From contig CAMAPH010000004.1 of NCBI GenBank assembly GCA_945859975.1, positions 1-64,000 of the forward strand: a stretch of 64,000 bases of DNA, given 5' to 3'. The notes under the pieces were generated by a model. That model ran no database searches and was not told the DNA's origin. It saw nothing but the letters and a program-made list of their open reading frames with translations. The DNA is from Chthonomonas calidirosea (GTDB lineage Bacteria; Armatimonadota; Fimbriimonadia; Fimbriimonadales; Fimbriimonadaceae). This document shows positions 1 through 9,602 of this stretch, one piece after another (the first letter of the stretch is position 1; the number at the start of each line of letters is the position of its first letter). The position numbers and the translations under genes were made by a program.

Positions 1-122
1 ACCGGGCAAACCCGCGTATTCGCTTCGCCACCAAACGCCACCCGGCAACGGCAGAACATTTTGGATTGGGTCGCGAGTTCGGCGTGGACTTCCATGCCCA
101 CGCTCGGTAAGTAGTTCGGCAT
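1..122 (-). CDS. gatB: Asp-tRNA(Asn)/Glu-tRNA(Gln) amidotransferase subunit B, 5' part (runs off window)
   Basis: Manual translation from ATG at 122: [40 protein letters not shown], the GatB N-terminal G(L/M)EVHxxL..SKMFC..NT.VCP signature; too short for the ORF track. Confidence 0.93.
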   Translation of the reverse strand, partial: MPNYLPSVGMEVHAELATQSKMFCRCRVAFGGEANTRVCP

Positions 123-196
123 GCCGTGCAATTTTACCGACACCCGCGCAGGTAGGTCTTGGAACGGTTTCCGATTGCGGTAACGTCCTACAAGAT

Positions 197-799
197 ATGC
201 CCGTGATCACCGCGCTTGCCATCATTGCGATGACCCTAACGGGCGGCGAAAGCCCGAAGCAACAGCCGACCGGGCTCCCCGCGAAAAAGGTCGCTGCCCC
301 AAAGCCAAAGACGGCAGAGCAGATCGTGGAATCCGCCATCTACAGTCGGCTCAGTCTGCAAGCGGATATCTGGTTCAAGGAAGGTGATTATCCAAAAATC
401 ATCGAGATGCTGAAGATCCAGAACGGGTTTGACCCGGCCGATTACGAAGCCGCGACAAACCTAGGTTGGCTCTTGGAGAGCATTGAAAAGCCTGAGGAAG
501 CAGCCGAAGTCTATGAGCGGTACGCGGTTTCAAACCCGAACGACCCCGATTCTGCCCTGCCTCGTGCGCAGCAACACTTCCTGAAGCGCCGCTGGAAGGA
601 AGCGATTGCCGCGGGCGAAAAATTCCTCACGCCAAAATCGCACCCGAACCTCTACCGAATCGTGGCCAACAGCTACGAGCGCCTCAAGGATTACAAAAAG
701 AGCCGTGCCACCTGGGAGAAGTACCTAAAACTTCATCCGAACGATGCCAGCGCCAAGGCACGCCTCGCCACGGTCACGAAGAAAGAGGCGGAAAAGTAA
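197..799 (+). CDS. Secreted tetratricopeptide-repeat protein
   Basis: Hydrophobic N-terminus; TPR-like helices ([33 protein letters not shown]). Confidence 0.75.
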   Translation: MPVITALAIIAMTLTGGESPKQQPTGLPAKKVAAPKPKTAEQIVESAIYSRLSLQADIWFKEGDYPKIIEMLKIQNGFDPADYEAATNLGWLLESIEKPEEAAEVYERYAVSNPNDPDSALPRAQQHFLKRRWKEAIAAGEKFLTPKSHPNLYRIVANSYERLKDYKKSRATWEKYLKLHPNDASAKARLATVTKKEAEK

Positions 800-801
800 G
801 G

Positions 802-1539
802 TCAGACCGGCGCCGGGACTTCCATCGTCGCGATCACATCGCGCGCATCGGTTGGGTTCTCAACCAGTTCGTCGGTTCGGATTTCGCCGTCCTTAAAGCG
901 AATGATTCGCTTGCAGTGCAATGCGACATCCTCTTCGTGAGTGACGATGACAACCGTCTTGCCTTCCCGGTTCAGAAGCTGGAATACGGCAAGGATTTCT
1001 TCGGCCGTTCTCGAGTCCAAGTTTCCGGTTGGCTCGTCGCCGAGGATCAGTACCGGCTGGTTCACGATCGCCCGCGCAATTGCGACGCGTTGCTGCTGAC
1101 CACCCGAAAGCATCGCCGGCGTGTGGTCCATTCGCTGGGCAAGGCCCACCATTTCCAGCGCTTTCTTCGCTCGCTCCGTCCGTCCCTTGGCGCCAGCGTA
1201 AATCAGCGGCAGTTCGACGTTCTTGAGCGCGGATGTTCGAGGCAGCAGGTTAAAGTTCTGGAAAACGAATCCGATGTACTTGTTCCGAACGTCGGCCAAT
1301 TCGTTGTCGTCCATTCCGGCGACGTTCTGGTTACTCAGCAGGTAATCCCCTGAAGTCGGTCGGTCAAGGCAGCCGATCATGTTCATGAAGGTCGACTTGC
1401 CGGAACCCGATGGCCCCATGATGGCGACGAACTCACCCTCATTGATCGTCAGGTTCACTCCCTTGAGGGCATTGACCACCTGGTCTCCCATAACGTAACG
1501 CTTGGAGAGGCCTTTGACTTCAATGATGGATTTCGACAT
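802..1539 (-). CDS. ABC transporter ATP-binding protein (LolD/MacB family)
   Basis: Walker [36 protein letters not shown]. Confidence 0.95.
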   Translation of the reverse strand: MSKSIIEVKGLSKRYVMGDQVVNALKGVNLTINEGEFVAIMGPSGSGKSTFMNMIGCLDRPTSGDYLLSNQNVAGMDDNELADVRNKYIGFVFQNFNLLPRTSALKNVELPLIYAGAKGRTERAKKALEMVGLAQRMDHTPAMLSGGQQQRVAIARAIVNQPVLILGDEPTGNLDSRTAEEILAVFQLLNREGKTVVIVTHEEDVALHCKRIIRFKDGEIRTDELVENPTDARDVIATMEVPAPV

Positions 1540-1643
1540 GGATTCTCATACGCTACCCAAGATGCGAATGATTACCGGGACCTTTTGGATTTGTCCCCCA
1601 TTTCGCGCGACGACTTCGGCCCGTGTGCGTTAATAACTGTGGA

Positions 1644-2843
1644 ATGAGTGTTCGAAGCGTTGATCCCCCGGCCGCCAAAACTTCAACCGGCCGGCGAGTG
1701 CTCACCCGGCCGCTGGCAGCAACCACGTATCTTCTGCGAAACGCCGGAAAATCGATCCCGCTCACCGCGGTCATCGTGCTCGCCGTGATGTTGGTCGCCG
1801 GAATCATTTCGATGATCAACTCGATCCCGCTCTCGATCCGGGTGATCTACAACTATTCCCGAGAGTTCACCGGCATCACCCCACGCGGCGATGCGGCGAA
1901 GACGCAACCGATCCTCGACGAGATCAAAAAGAAGAGCCCGATCTCGATAGAGCGGATCATTGTTTGCCGAACCACGGCGACGGTGGTTCAGAGCATCGTC
2001 GGCAAATGGCCGTTTTACATTGCCGGTCTTGAGCAGAACGACCTCCAGTACTACTTGGACCGCCAGGGATCGAAGAGCCTAGAAGGCCGCCTGCCCGCGG
2101 CTGGGAAGCCCGAGGCAGTGATCAGTCGCCCGGTCGCTCAGAACCTCGGACTGAAGCTTGGAAGCGAGCTGCTGGGGCCGGAGAAGGATGACGGCTTCTC
2201 GCCGAACTCCGTAAAGGTCGTCGGCATCGCTGATACGGAGCGCTGGGTGATGCTCACAAGCATTGAGTACCTCCAAGACTTCCACTTCCCTCCCATCGAC
2301 ATCGGCATCCTTTGCGCCCCTACTCCGGCCGAGCAATCGAAGCTCGACCTATGGGCGGAGAAGTACTTCAAAGGTCGCCCCGTCGCGGTGCTGGCCTACC
2401 ACCAAGTCGAAAAAGACACAAACGACATGTTCGCCACCCTGTACCAAATCCTGAACGTGGTTATTGGCACGCTGGTTTTGGTCATCACGACGATGATGGG
2501 AATGCTCATGAACATCTACCAATCTCAGCGACTTGTCGAATTCGGCTTGCTCCAAGCGCTCGGCTACACGAAGAAGCAATTGCTTTCGCGGGTCGTGATT
2601 GAAACGGTGTTTGTAGTGGTGTTCGGCTGGCTTCTCGGCTTGGTTGCCGCATATGGCCTGCTCAACGTCGCCAAGCGGACGCTTATGGATCCAAAGGCGT
2701 TTGCGCTCAATGTGCTCGACCCGGTGGCTTATGCATACAGCATTCCTCTTCCGATCGCGATTCTGATTGTCGCAATTGCGACGGTCGTTCTCCGGTTCCG
2801 TAAATTCGACCCGATTGGCGTGGTTGAACGGAGGATCGTCTGA
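1644..2843 (+). CDS. ABC transporter permease (FtsX/MacB-like)
   Basis: N-terminal TM, large extracytoplasmic loop, EFGLLQALG motif, 3 C-terminal TMs; stop overlaps next ATG; start chosen at ATG 1644. Confidence 0.85.
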   Translation: MSVRSVDPPAAKTSTGRRVLTRPLAATTYLLRNAGKSIPLTAVIVLAVMLVAGIISMINSIPLSIRVIYNYSREFTGITPRGDAAKTQPILDEIKKKSPISIERIIVCRTTATVVQSIVGKWPFYIAGLEQNDLQYYLDRQGSKSLEGRLPAAGKPEAVISRPVAQNLGLKLGSELLGPEKDDGFSPNSVKVVGIADTERWVMLTSIEYLQDFHFPPIDIGILCAPTPAEQSKLDLWAEKYFKGRPVAVLAYHQVEKDTNDMFATLYQILNVVIGTLVLVITTMMGMLMNIYQSQRLVEFGLLQALGYTKKQLLSRVVIETVFVVVFGWLLGLVAAYGLLNVAKRTLMDPKAFALNVLDPVAYAYSIPLPIAILIVAIATVVLRFRKFDPIGVVERRIV

Positions 2844-3499
2844 TGCTTAAAGTCAACTCGGCCAGCCTCGTCTACCAGGACCAAGGTCGCGACCTTTTTG
2901 CGTGCCGCGAAGTTTCTTTAGAAGTTCGCGAGAACGAGTTTCTTGGAATTCTCGGCCCATCCGGGTCAGGCAAGAGTTCCCTCCTGTACTTAATGAGCGG
3001 GCTAAAAACGCCAAGCTCAGGCCAGATCACCTTCGACGGCAAGCCGCTCTCGGGCATGGACGACGCTTCTCGGGCGAACTTGCGGCTGAAGGAGTTTGGT
3101 TTTGTCTTCCAGCAGCCATATCTCCTCGGCTATCTGAGCGCCATCGAGAACGTGCTCGTGGCTCAGCCATCGGGCGGGACGATTGAGAGTGCGACCGACC
3201 TGCTCACCAGTCTCGGCTTAGCCAACAAGCTGCACCGGTTGCCCCATGAGCTTAGTGGCGGCGAACGTCAACGCGTTTGCGTCGCCCGCGCGCTGATGGG
3301 TAATCCACGCATCATCTTTGCGGATGAGCCAACTGCCTCACTGGACCACAAGAACGGGGTCGCGGTGGTCAACTTGCTGAACGATCTGCGCGGAAAAGGT
3401 GCCTTGGTGATGGTCACGCACGACCCGACGATGCTCGAAAGAGCGGACCGAATTGTCCGTTTGGTAGATGGTCACATCTCGGAGCCTGACTCGAACTAG
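2843..3499 (+). CDS. ABC transporter ATP-binding protein (LolD-like)
   Basis: [26 protein letters not shown]. Confidence 0.95.
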   Translation: MLKVNSASLVYQDQGRDLFACREVSLEVRENEFLGILGPSGSGKSSLLYLMSGLKTPSSGQITFDGKPLSGMDDASRANLRLKEFGFVFQQPYLLGYLSAIENVLVAQPSGGTIESATDLLTSLGLANKLHRLPHELSGGERQRVCVARALMGNPRIIFADEPTASLDHKNGVAVVNLLNDLRGKGALVMVTHDPTMLERADRIVRLVDGHISEPDSN

Positions 3500-3993
3500 A
3501 ACTCGAAGAGCGACATTTGCAGAGGTCGCTCGTGGTTCAAAAGCCATTGCTTGCGATCCGTTCCTCCGGCGAAGCCCGTGAGAGACCCGTCTGAACCAAG
3601 CACGCGGTGGCACGGAATGATGATGCTCAGCGGGTTCTTGCCAATCGCCGCACCGACCGCTCGTACGGCGAATGGATGCTCCATGTTTTCGGCAATATCT
3701 CGATACCGCAGCGTCTCTCCAAAATCGATCTGCTGCAGCTGTTGCCAAACCTTGATCTGAAAATCGGTCCCCTCAAGATAGAGCGGGACGGAGAATCGTT
3801 CTCGCCGCCGATCGAAATACTCCTGAAGCTCCCGAGTGGCCAGTTCGATAATAGGATCGTCTTCTCGCTCAATGCCGATATATCTCGGCGGATGTTGATG
3901 GGCTTCGAAATAGACTCCGCACAGTCCTTCCGACTCGGCTACGAGGGTTAAAGGGCCAATGGGTGAAGGTATTTGGCGGAATCCACGGCTCAC
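3496..3993 (-). CDS. ogt: Methylated-DNA--protein-cysteine methyltransferase
   Basis: GTDFQIKVW, RAVGAAIGKNP, active-site PCHRV; GTG start 6 nt after TAGAAT. Confidence 0.95.
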   Translation of the reverse strand: MSRGFRQIPSPIGPLTLVAESEGLCGVYFEAHQHPPRYIGIEREDDPIIELATRELQEYFDRRRERFSVPLYLEGTDFQIKVWQQLQQIDFGETLRYRDIAENMEHPFAVRAVGAAIGKNPLSIIIPCHRVLGSDGSLTGFAGGTDRKQWLLNHERPLQMSLFEF

Positions 3994-4075
3994 GTGCAGA
4001 TTCTAGCTAAGTTCAGGCTGGGACGTTTGGAAAATCATTTTGCGATTACCCGTCACTTTTTCGAGTATGAACATA

Positions 4076-4327
4076 GACCCCAACAAAGGGGTCTGGTATG
4101 ATTCGAAGTTGCGTCACGGTCATCCGTGAGGCGGCTAAGACGAGCTCGCTCGTCATAGGCGAAAACCTTAGTTGTACGGGAAACGATGGAAACGAGATCT
4201 CAAATAGAGAACTGGTTCACAAAGCTAGTAGCGTCGCGCTGCGCCCACCGCACAACACCTTTCGTCGGGTTTTCCGCGCAAGAGCAAATCTTGTGTCTGC
4301 GCACGGTTCAACCGGAGGTACATGTGA
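4076..4327 (+). promoter_or_regulatory. Promoter and long structured 5' leader of speD (candidate cis-regulatory RNA/uORF region)
   Basis: TGgTATGAT extended -10 at 4094-4102; hairpins TCACGG-tcat-CCGTGA, GACGAG-ctcg-CTCGTC, AGG-cgaaaa-CCT; SD GGAGG 4314-4318. Confidence 0.5.
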
Positions 4328-4942
4328 TTGACAAACAACCTGCTCCTTATTAGCACTCTCGTCCTGGGCGCCATTGCGACTCCAGCAACGGGAACATTCA
4401 TCGACTGGATTCGCAACACGTTCGGGCGTAAAGCAAAGGCAGCCCAAGCAGCGACCCTACCACCACCACCGCAGATTCAAAATGACGCGGGATGGACTCT
4501 CATTCACTGTGAAGACGAAGAAGCCTTCGGCGAGTGGTTGGGACACGACGAGGAGGGCCTTCCGGCCCGGATCGGTGAAGAGCCATCGCTAGGCTCTCAT
4601 CTCTTGATCGAACTCTATGGTTGCAACCATGAAGCCCTTGAAAAGGAAATCGTGGTTGGTAAGGCAATGAAGGACGCGGCAATTCAGAGCGAAGCCACGG
4701 TCGTCACGGATTCCTTCCATGAGTTCAAACCGTACGGAGTTTCCGGCGCGGTCATCATCCAAGAGTCTCACTACACGATCCACACCTGGCCCGAGCATGG
4801 CTATGCCGCAGTTGACTTGTTCTACTGCGGAGGAACCATCCTCGTTCATCGAGCCGTGGAAGTGCTGAAAGAGCGATTCCAGCCGACTCGAATCAAGTTC
4901 CTCGTCGTTCGACGAGGGTTGCACAGCGAAGTCAATCGCTGA
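4328..4942 (+). CDS. speD: Pyruvoyl-dependent S-adenosylmethionine decarboxylase proenzyme family protein with ~85-aa N-terminal extension
   Basis: LGSHLLIELYGC, FHEFKPYGVSGAVIIQE/SHYTIHTWPEHGYAAVDLFYCG (self-cleavage ES site); TTG start 9 nt after GGAGG; substrate not certain. Confidence 0.88.
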   Translation: MTNNLLLISTLVLGAIATPATGTFIDWIRNTFGRKAKAAQAATLPPPPQIQNDAGWTLIHCEDEEAFGEWLGHDEEGLPARIGEEPSLGSHLLIELYGCNHEALEKEIVVGKAMKDAAIQSEATVVTDSFHEFKPYGVSGAVIIQESHYTIHTWPEHGYAAVDLFYCGGTILVHRAVEVLKERFQPTRIKFLVVRRGLHSEVNR

Positions 4943-4956
4943 GAGAACAACGTTCC

Positions 4957-4992
4957 AAGCCCCGGAATCAGCGCAGATTCCGGGGCTTTTTT
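4957..4992 (+). terminator. Rho-independent terminator after speD
   Basis: AAGCCCCGGAATC-agcgca-GATTCCGGGGCTT followed by T-tract. Confidence 0.9.
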
Positions 4993-5069
4993 GTGCCCGG
5001 ACGGCCCCGGGTTGTTAAGTCTCCTTAACAACCCTTTCCTTTTCTGAATCTATCACCCAAGATGAAGGG

Positions 5070-7688
5070 ATGTTTCTGCTAGGCGTCTTGGCTTTAGCCC
5101 CGACTTTTCCGTACCTCGCCGCTCCGGCGGGCCGCGAATACGCCCGCGTTGTTCCGAACGGAACGACGATCCTTCCGAACGGTCGCTTCCTAACTCCTCT
5201 CGGCAAGCGGCTCTACACACAGACCGATCTTTGGAACGTGGTTGGTTCCCAAGACGAGAAGACGATCGTTGCTTTTGACGACGAAGGACTCACCATCCAC
5301 GAAGGCGGCGAGCGCAAGCGCCTGAAGTTGCCAAAGACCGCCCCTGCCGGCGTGTTTTCGCCGGATGGAACGAAGCTGATCATGAGTACCGGCGACACGG
5401 CAGGGCTTGCGATCATTGACCGCGCAACCTGGAAAGTGGAGCGTCAGATTGCAACCGGCGAAAATGGATATCTGAACGACCTGATCGTCACCCCGGACGG
5501 CAAGACCGTGTACGCCGTGGACGTTGCCACTCAGGAACTTGTTACGATCGATCTTGCGAGCGACAAGGTGCTTAGCCGGGTTAAGGCCGGAAGACAGCCG
5601 TACGCGATTGCATTCTCGGCGGACCAGAAGTCCGTCCTCGTTGCTAATATTGGCGTTTTCGACTACACCGCTGTTCCGAAACCGGAAGCCGGCAAAGGCC
5701 ATCCCTCTGGACTGCAGTACCCGCCGTTTGGTTATCCAAGTAAGGAAGCGACCGAAGGCGTGTACCGCGAGGGTAGGCAGATTGCCGGACTTGGTGACCC
5801 ACGCGTTCCGGATGCGCAGAGCATCTGGCAGTACTCGATTGCAGACCAAGCTAAACCGAAGAAAATCGCGTTCGCGAAGTCGGGCATTCTGATTCATGCA
5901 CCGGCAGACGGTGGCAAGTCAGTCGGCGCGAGCGCACCAAACGCGCTCCTCGTTTTCGGCAAGCGCCTGTACGTGAGCAACGCGAACAACGATACGATCT
6001 CGGTATTCGATACAAGTTCACTCAAGAACGTTCAGACCTATAAGATCACCCCGATGCCGGAGGTCAAAACCCTTCGCGGCGTGATCCCGAGCGGCATGGC
6101 TATTTCGCCAGACGGAACCCGACTTTACGTTTGCGAAAGCGGGCTCAACGCGGTCGGAGTCATTGATACGAAGTCTGGCAAGACCCTGGGACACATCCCT
6201 TCTGGCTGGTTCCCGATGCAACTCCGCATGTCCAAAGATGGCAAAACGCTCAACGTTGCCACTCAGAAAGGCATCGGTCGCGGGCCACAAGGATCGAAGC
6301 AGCCAAGGGCACAAACCGACGAAAGATTTGGACTGACTGCCATGCCCGGCATGGTTCAGCAGTTCACCGTTCCGTCGGATGCCGAACTGGCCAAGCTGAC
6401 CAAGCAGGTCCTCGCAAACAACGGCCTCGTTATCAAGACCGCAAAACCAACGCAAAAGGTCATGTCGCTGTTGCCAGGGTCTGCAAGCAAGCAGATCAAG
6501 CATGTTGTCTTCATCACGAAGGAGAACCACACATTCGACGGAATCTTTGGCGGCCTGAAAGGCGCCAAGGGAGAGCCCGATTATGCTGAGTTCGGAATGC
6601 AAGGCTGGATAGAAGAAAAGGGCAAAGCAACCCGGCTTCCGATCATGCCAAACCACATTCGGCTGGCCGAACAGTTTGGTATCTCCGACAACTTCTATAT
6701 GGAGCCGCAGGCGAGCGGCGACGGACACCGATGGCTGGTTGGCGTGTACCCATCTTTGTGGACAACCCGCGTGTACTACGCAGGCTGGAACTTCAAGGCT
6801 GATGATAAGACCAAGGGCCGCATGGTTTCGTTCGGATCGGATGGATCTCAGATTCCTGAGGACTACCTAGAAAACGGTTCCCTTTGGGAGCACTTGCATC
6901 GGGCAGGTATTAGCTTCCGCAACTACGGCGAAGGTTACGAGCTTCCACATTCGCTGGAGCTAGATCCAAACAGCAAGACGGGAACGAACTACGTCGTCAA
7001 TCATCCGATGCCGAAGATCCTGTTTGATAACACGTGCTTCGAATTCCCGGCCTACAACAATTCCATCCCTGACATCGCTCGAGCAGATTGGTTCGAGGAA
7101 GACATTGAAAAGAACTTCCGCGCCAAGAAGAAGCCGCTTCCGAAGTTCATGAACATTGCGATCTGCAATGACCACGGCTCTGGAGCGCGACCCGATCGCG
7201 GATACCCGTACGTTTGCAGCTACATGGCCGACAACGATCTCGCGTTGGGCCGAATTGTGGACTACCTAAGCCACACGCCAGAGTGGAAGAACATGGCGAT
7301 CTTCGTCACGCAAGACGATTCCGGCGGGGACGATGACCATGTCGATCGACACCGAAGCTTCGTGATGGCAATCGGGCCATACATCAAGCGAGGTTACGTT
7401 TCGAAAGACCACACGAGCATCATGTCGATCATCCGATCGATTTACCTGTTGTTCGGTTTAGGGCCAAACAACATGTTCGATGCGGTCGCAACGCCGCTGG
7501 ACGACATGTTCACGGACAAACCAGACTTCACTCCGTACACCCACGTACCGGTTGACCCACGCGTGTTCAAGCCGGAAGAAACGTTCGATCCTAGCGATCC
7601 ACAGTTCAAGCGCCGCCGTTCCGAAAAGCTGATGAAGATGGACGATCCAAAATTCGTCGAGTGGCTCCGGAACCGGAGCAAGAACTAA
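5070..7688 (+). CDS. Secreted YncE-like beta-propeller / phosphoesterase (alkaline phosphatase superfamily) fusion
   Basis: YVTN-like repeats (LYVSNANNDTISVFDT; SPDGTRLYV), IKHVVFITKENHTFD, DNDLALGRIV, DHVDRHRS. Confidence 0.85.
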   Translation: MFLLGVLALAPTFPYLAAPAGREYARVVPNGTTILPNGRFLTPLGKRLYTQTDLWNVVGSQDEKTIVAFDDEGLTIHEGGERKRLKLPKTAPAGVFSPDGTKLIMSTGDTAGLAIIDRATWKVERQIATGENGYLNDLIVTPDGKTVYAVDVATQELVTIDLASDKVLSRVKAGRQPYAIAFSADQKSVLVANIGVFDYTAVPKPEAGKGHPSGLQYPPFGYPSKEATEGVYREGRQIAGLGDPRVPDAQSIWQYSIADQAKPKKIAFAKSGILIHAPADGGKSVGASAPNALLVFGKRLYVSNANNDTISVFDTSSLKNVQTYKITPMPEVKTLRGVIPSGMAISPDGTRLYVCESGLNAVGVIDTKSGKTLGHIPSGWFPMQLRMSKDGKTLNVATQKGIGRGPQGSKQPRAQTDERFGLTAMPGMVQQFTVPSDAELAKLTKQVLANNGLVIKTAKPTQKVMSLLPGSASKQIKHVVFITKENHTFDGIFGGLKGAKGEPDYAEFGMQGWIEEKGKATRLPIMPNHIRLAEQFGISDNFYMEPQASGDGHRWLVGVYPSLWTTRVYYAGWNFKADDKTKGRMVSFGSDGSQIPEDYLENGSLWEHLHRAGISFRNYGEGYELPHSLELDPNSKTGTNYVVNHPMPKILFDNTCFEFPAYNNSIPDIARADWFEEDIEKNFRAKKKPLPKFMNIAICNDHGSGARPDRGYPYVCSYMADNDLALGRIVDYLSHTPEWKNMAIFVTQDDSGGDDDHVDRHRSFVMAIGPYIKRGYVSKDHTSIMSIIRSIYLLFGLGPNNMFDAVATPLDDMFTDKPDFTPYTHVPVDPRVFKPEETFDPSDPQFKRRRSEKLMKMDDPKFVEWLRNRSKN

Positions 7689-7700
7689 GCGAACTGCGAT

Positions 7701-7726
7701 GTCCGGGAAGAGTCACCTTCCCGGAC
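7701..7726. terminator. Hairpin between convergent genes
   Basis: GTCCGGGAAG-agtcac-CTTCCCGGAC. Confidence 0.7.
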
Positions 7727-7733
7727 GATGCTT

Positions 7734-8183
7734 TTAGTGTTCGATGGAAGCCGTGAGGGCTGGCTCACGCAAAAGCCAGTCCTTAACTTGTTGCGGAATT
7801 GAAGTGGCCTTTTTGGCCTCGCCCACCATTACGTGCCAGGTGTATCCGGTGGTCGTGATCAAATCACGCGTTACGTTGTAGACCTCGTAGTCAAAGCGCA
7901 TGCTTGCGCGCTTCATTTCGCTGATCCAAACTCGGATTTCGATCAGATCGTCGTAGAGAACTTCCGCACGATAGTTTGCGTGTGACTCGACCACCGGCAA
8001 TTTATATCCTTGCTGTTCCAATTGCAGATAGGTAAACCCTCTGTCCCGGCAATAGGCTCCCCGGGCCTGCTCGAACCAGTAATAATAGTTGGCATAGTAC
8101 GCGTGACCCATCATATCGGTCTCTCCGTAGCGGACGCGTATCCTTTCGACCGTGGGCGTTTGGTACGCCGGACTAAATTTCAT
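7734..8183 (-). CDS. Acyl-CoA thioesterase (YbgC/FadM hotdog fold)
   Basis: RVRYGETDMMGHAYYANYYYWFEQAR; start reset to ATG 8183 because the longer ORF overlaps nhaA. Confidence 0.88.
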   Translation of the reverse strand: MKFSPAYQTPTVERIRVRYGETDMMGHAYYANYYYWFEQARGAYCRDRGFTYLQLEQQGYKLPVVESHANYRAEVLYDDLIEIRVWISEMKRASMRFDYEVYNVTRDLITTTGYTWHVMVGEAKKATSIPQQVKDWLLREPALTASIEH

Positions 8184-8246
8184 GCAAGTGGAGTTAACCC
8201 GGGCGCACCATAAATTGACCAACGGTCGGAGAAAAGCGAGCCCATC

Positions 8247-9602
8247 ATGAGTAGCGAAAAGAGTTTCCGCCCTAAGGTAGCCAAGACTCGCGTGAAAGCG
8301 AGGTTGCTCAGCCCAATCCTGGAATTTGCCCAAAACGAAGCGACTTCTGGGATGATGCTAGTGGGCCTCGCTATTGCCGCGATGCTTTGGGCAAACCTCG
8401 GACCGGCGGGCCACTACGAGGCCTTTTGGAACACATCAATCGCGATCAAAGTGGGCGATTACACCGAGGCGCACTCACTCCGATACTGGATCAACGATGG
8501 CCTCATGGCCCTCTTCTTCTTGCTGATGGGACTCGAGATCAAGCGCGAGTTCCTTGTAGGAGAACTCAGTTCTCGCGCGAAAGCCACTTTGCCCATCGTT
8601 GCCGCAATTGGCGGCATGGTGATCCCGGCTGGAATCTATGCGGCAATCAACCTAAATGGTGGGAACATGCGCGGAACCGGAGTGCCGATGGCGACCGACA
8701 TCGCGTTCTCCCTTGGTGTTCTGGCCCTAGTTGGAACTCGCGTACCGGTCGCGCTGAAGATTCTGCTTGCCGCCATCGCCATTGTCGATGACCTTGGTGC
8801 CGTTCTGGTGATCGCAATTTTTTACACCGCTCAGATCAACGTTTCGATGTTGGTTGGGATGGCCGCGTGCCTCATCGTTCTGTACGGAATGAACCGGCTA
8901 AACGTGAAGTCCCTCGCGGCTTACTCCGTTGTGGGCGTGCCGCTTTGGCTGTTTACGCTTTGGTCTGGAGTCCATGCAACGGTCGCCGGCGTTTTGCTCG
9001 CGATGTTCCTACCGATCCGAACGTTCATTGATCCGGTTGAGTACGCGTCCGAAACGAACTCCGCGTTACAAGCCTTTGAAGACTGCCCGGCGGCGGCAGA
9101 TCCACACGAGATGACACCTGACCGACAGCTTGCCGTACGTGAGATCGGGCGACTTGCGACGGATGTCCAAATGCCGCTCGAGCGGATGGAGGACATTCTG
9201 AGTCCCTATATCACTTACATTGTGGTGCCCGTCTTCGCTTTGGCAAATGCCGGCGTACTTCTTACCGGCGGCGCTGGTCTCGGAGGTCCCGTAAGCATCG
9301 GTGTTTTGGCCGGATTGATCGTCGGAAAGCCGGTAGGCATTCTCGGTGCAAGTTGGTTGGCGGTTCGAACAAAAATCGCCGGGCTGCCCGACGGAATTAC
9401 CATGCGCCACATCGCGGGGGTTGGCATTCTATGCGGAATTGGATTTACGATGAGCCTGTTTGTGGCTGAACTGGCCTTTAAGGATCCAGAGGCGCACAAT
9501 TCCGCGAAGCTGGCCACCATTGCGGCCAGCACGTTCATGGGGATTGTTGGATTCGCGTTCCTTTGGCGTAAGCCTAGTAGCCCACAACTTCCGGCGCCTT
9601 AG
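8247..9602 (+). CDS. nhaA: Na+/H+ antiporter NhaA
   Basis: WINDGLMALFF, GLEIKRE, PMATDIAF, AIVDDLGA, LCGIGFTMSLF. Confidence 0.95.
   Translation: MSSEKSFRPKVAKTRVKARLLSPILEFAQNEATSGMMLVGLAIAAMLWANLGPAGHYEAFWNTSIAIKVGDYTEAHSLRYWINDGLMALFFLLMGLEIKREFLVGELSSRAKATLPIVAAIGGMVIPAGIYAAINLNGGNMRGTGVPMATDIAFSLGVLALVGTRVPVALKILLAAIAIVDDLGAVLVIAIFYTAQINVSMLVGMAACLIVLYGMNRLNVKSLAAYSVVGVPLWLFTLWSGVHATVAGVLLAMFLPIRTFIDPVEYASETNSALQAFEDCPAAADPHEMTPDRQLAVREIGRLATDVQMPLERMEDILSPYITYIVVPVFALANAGVLLTGGAGLGGPVSIGVLAGLIVGKPVGILGASWLAVRTKIAGLPDGITMRHIAGVGILCGIGFTMSLFVAELAFKDPEAHNSAKLATIAASTFMGIVGFAFLWRKPSSPQLPAP

Noticed and set aside
4109..4200. Assignment of the speD leader to SAM-I, SAM-IV or c-di-GMP-I riboswitch classes
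   Set aside because: Only fragments resemble consensus; the GCAACC/GUGC core and GEMM architecture could not be placed by eye
9020..9180. Hydrophilic insertion in NhaA
   Set aside because: A loop insertion before the PLERxE motif is common in longer NhaA proteins
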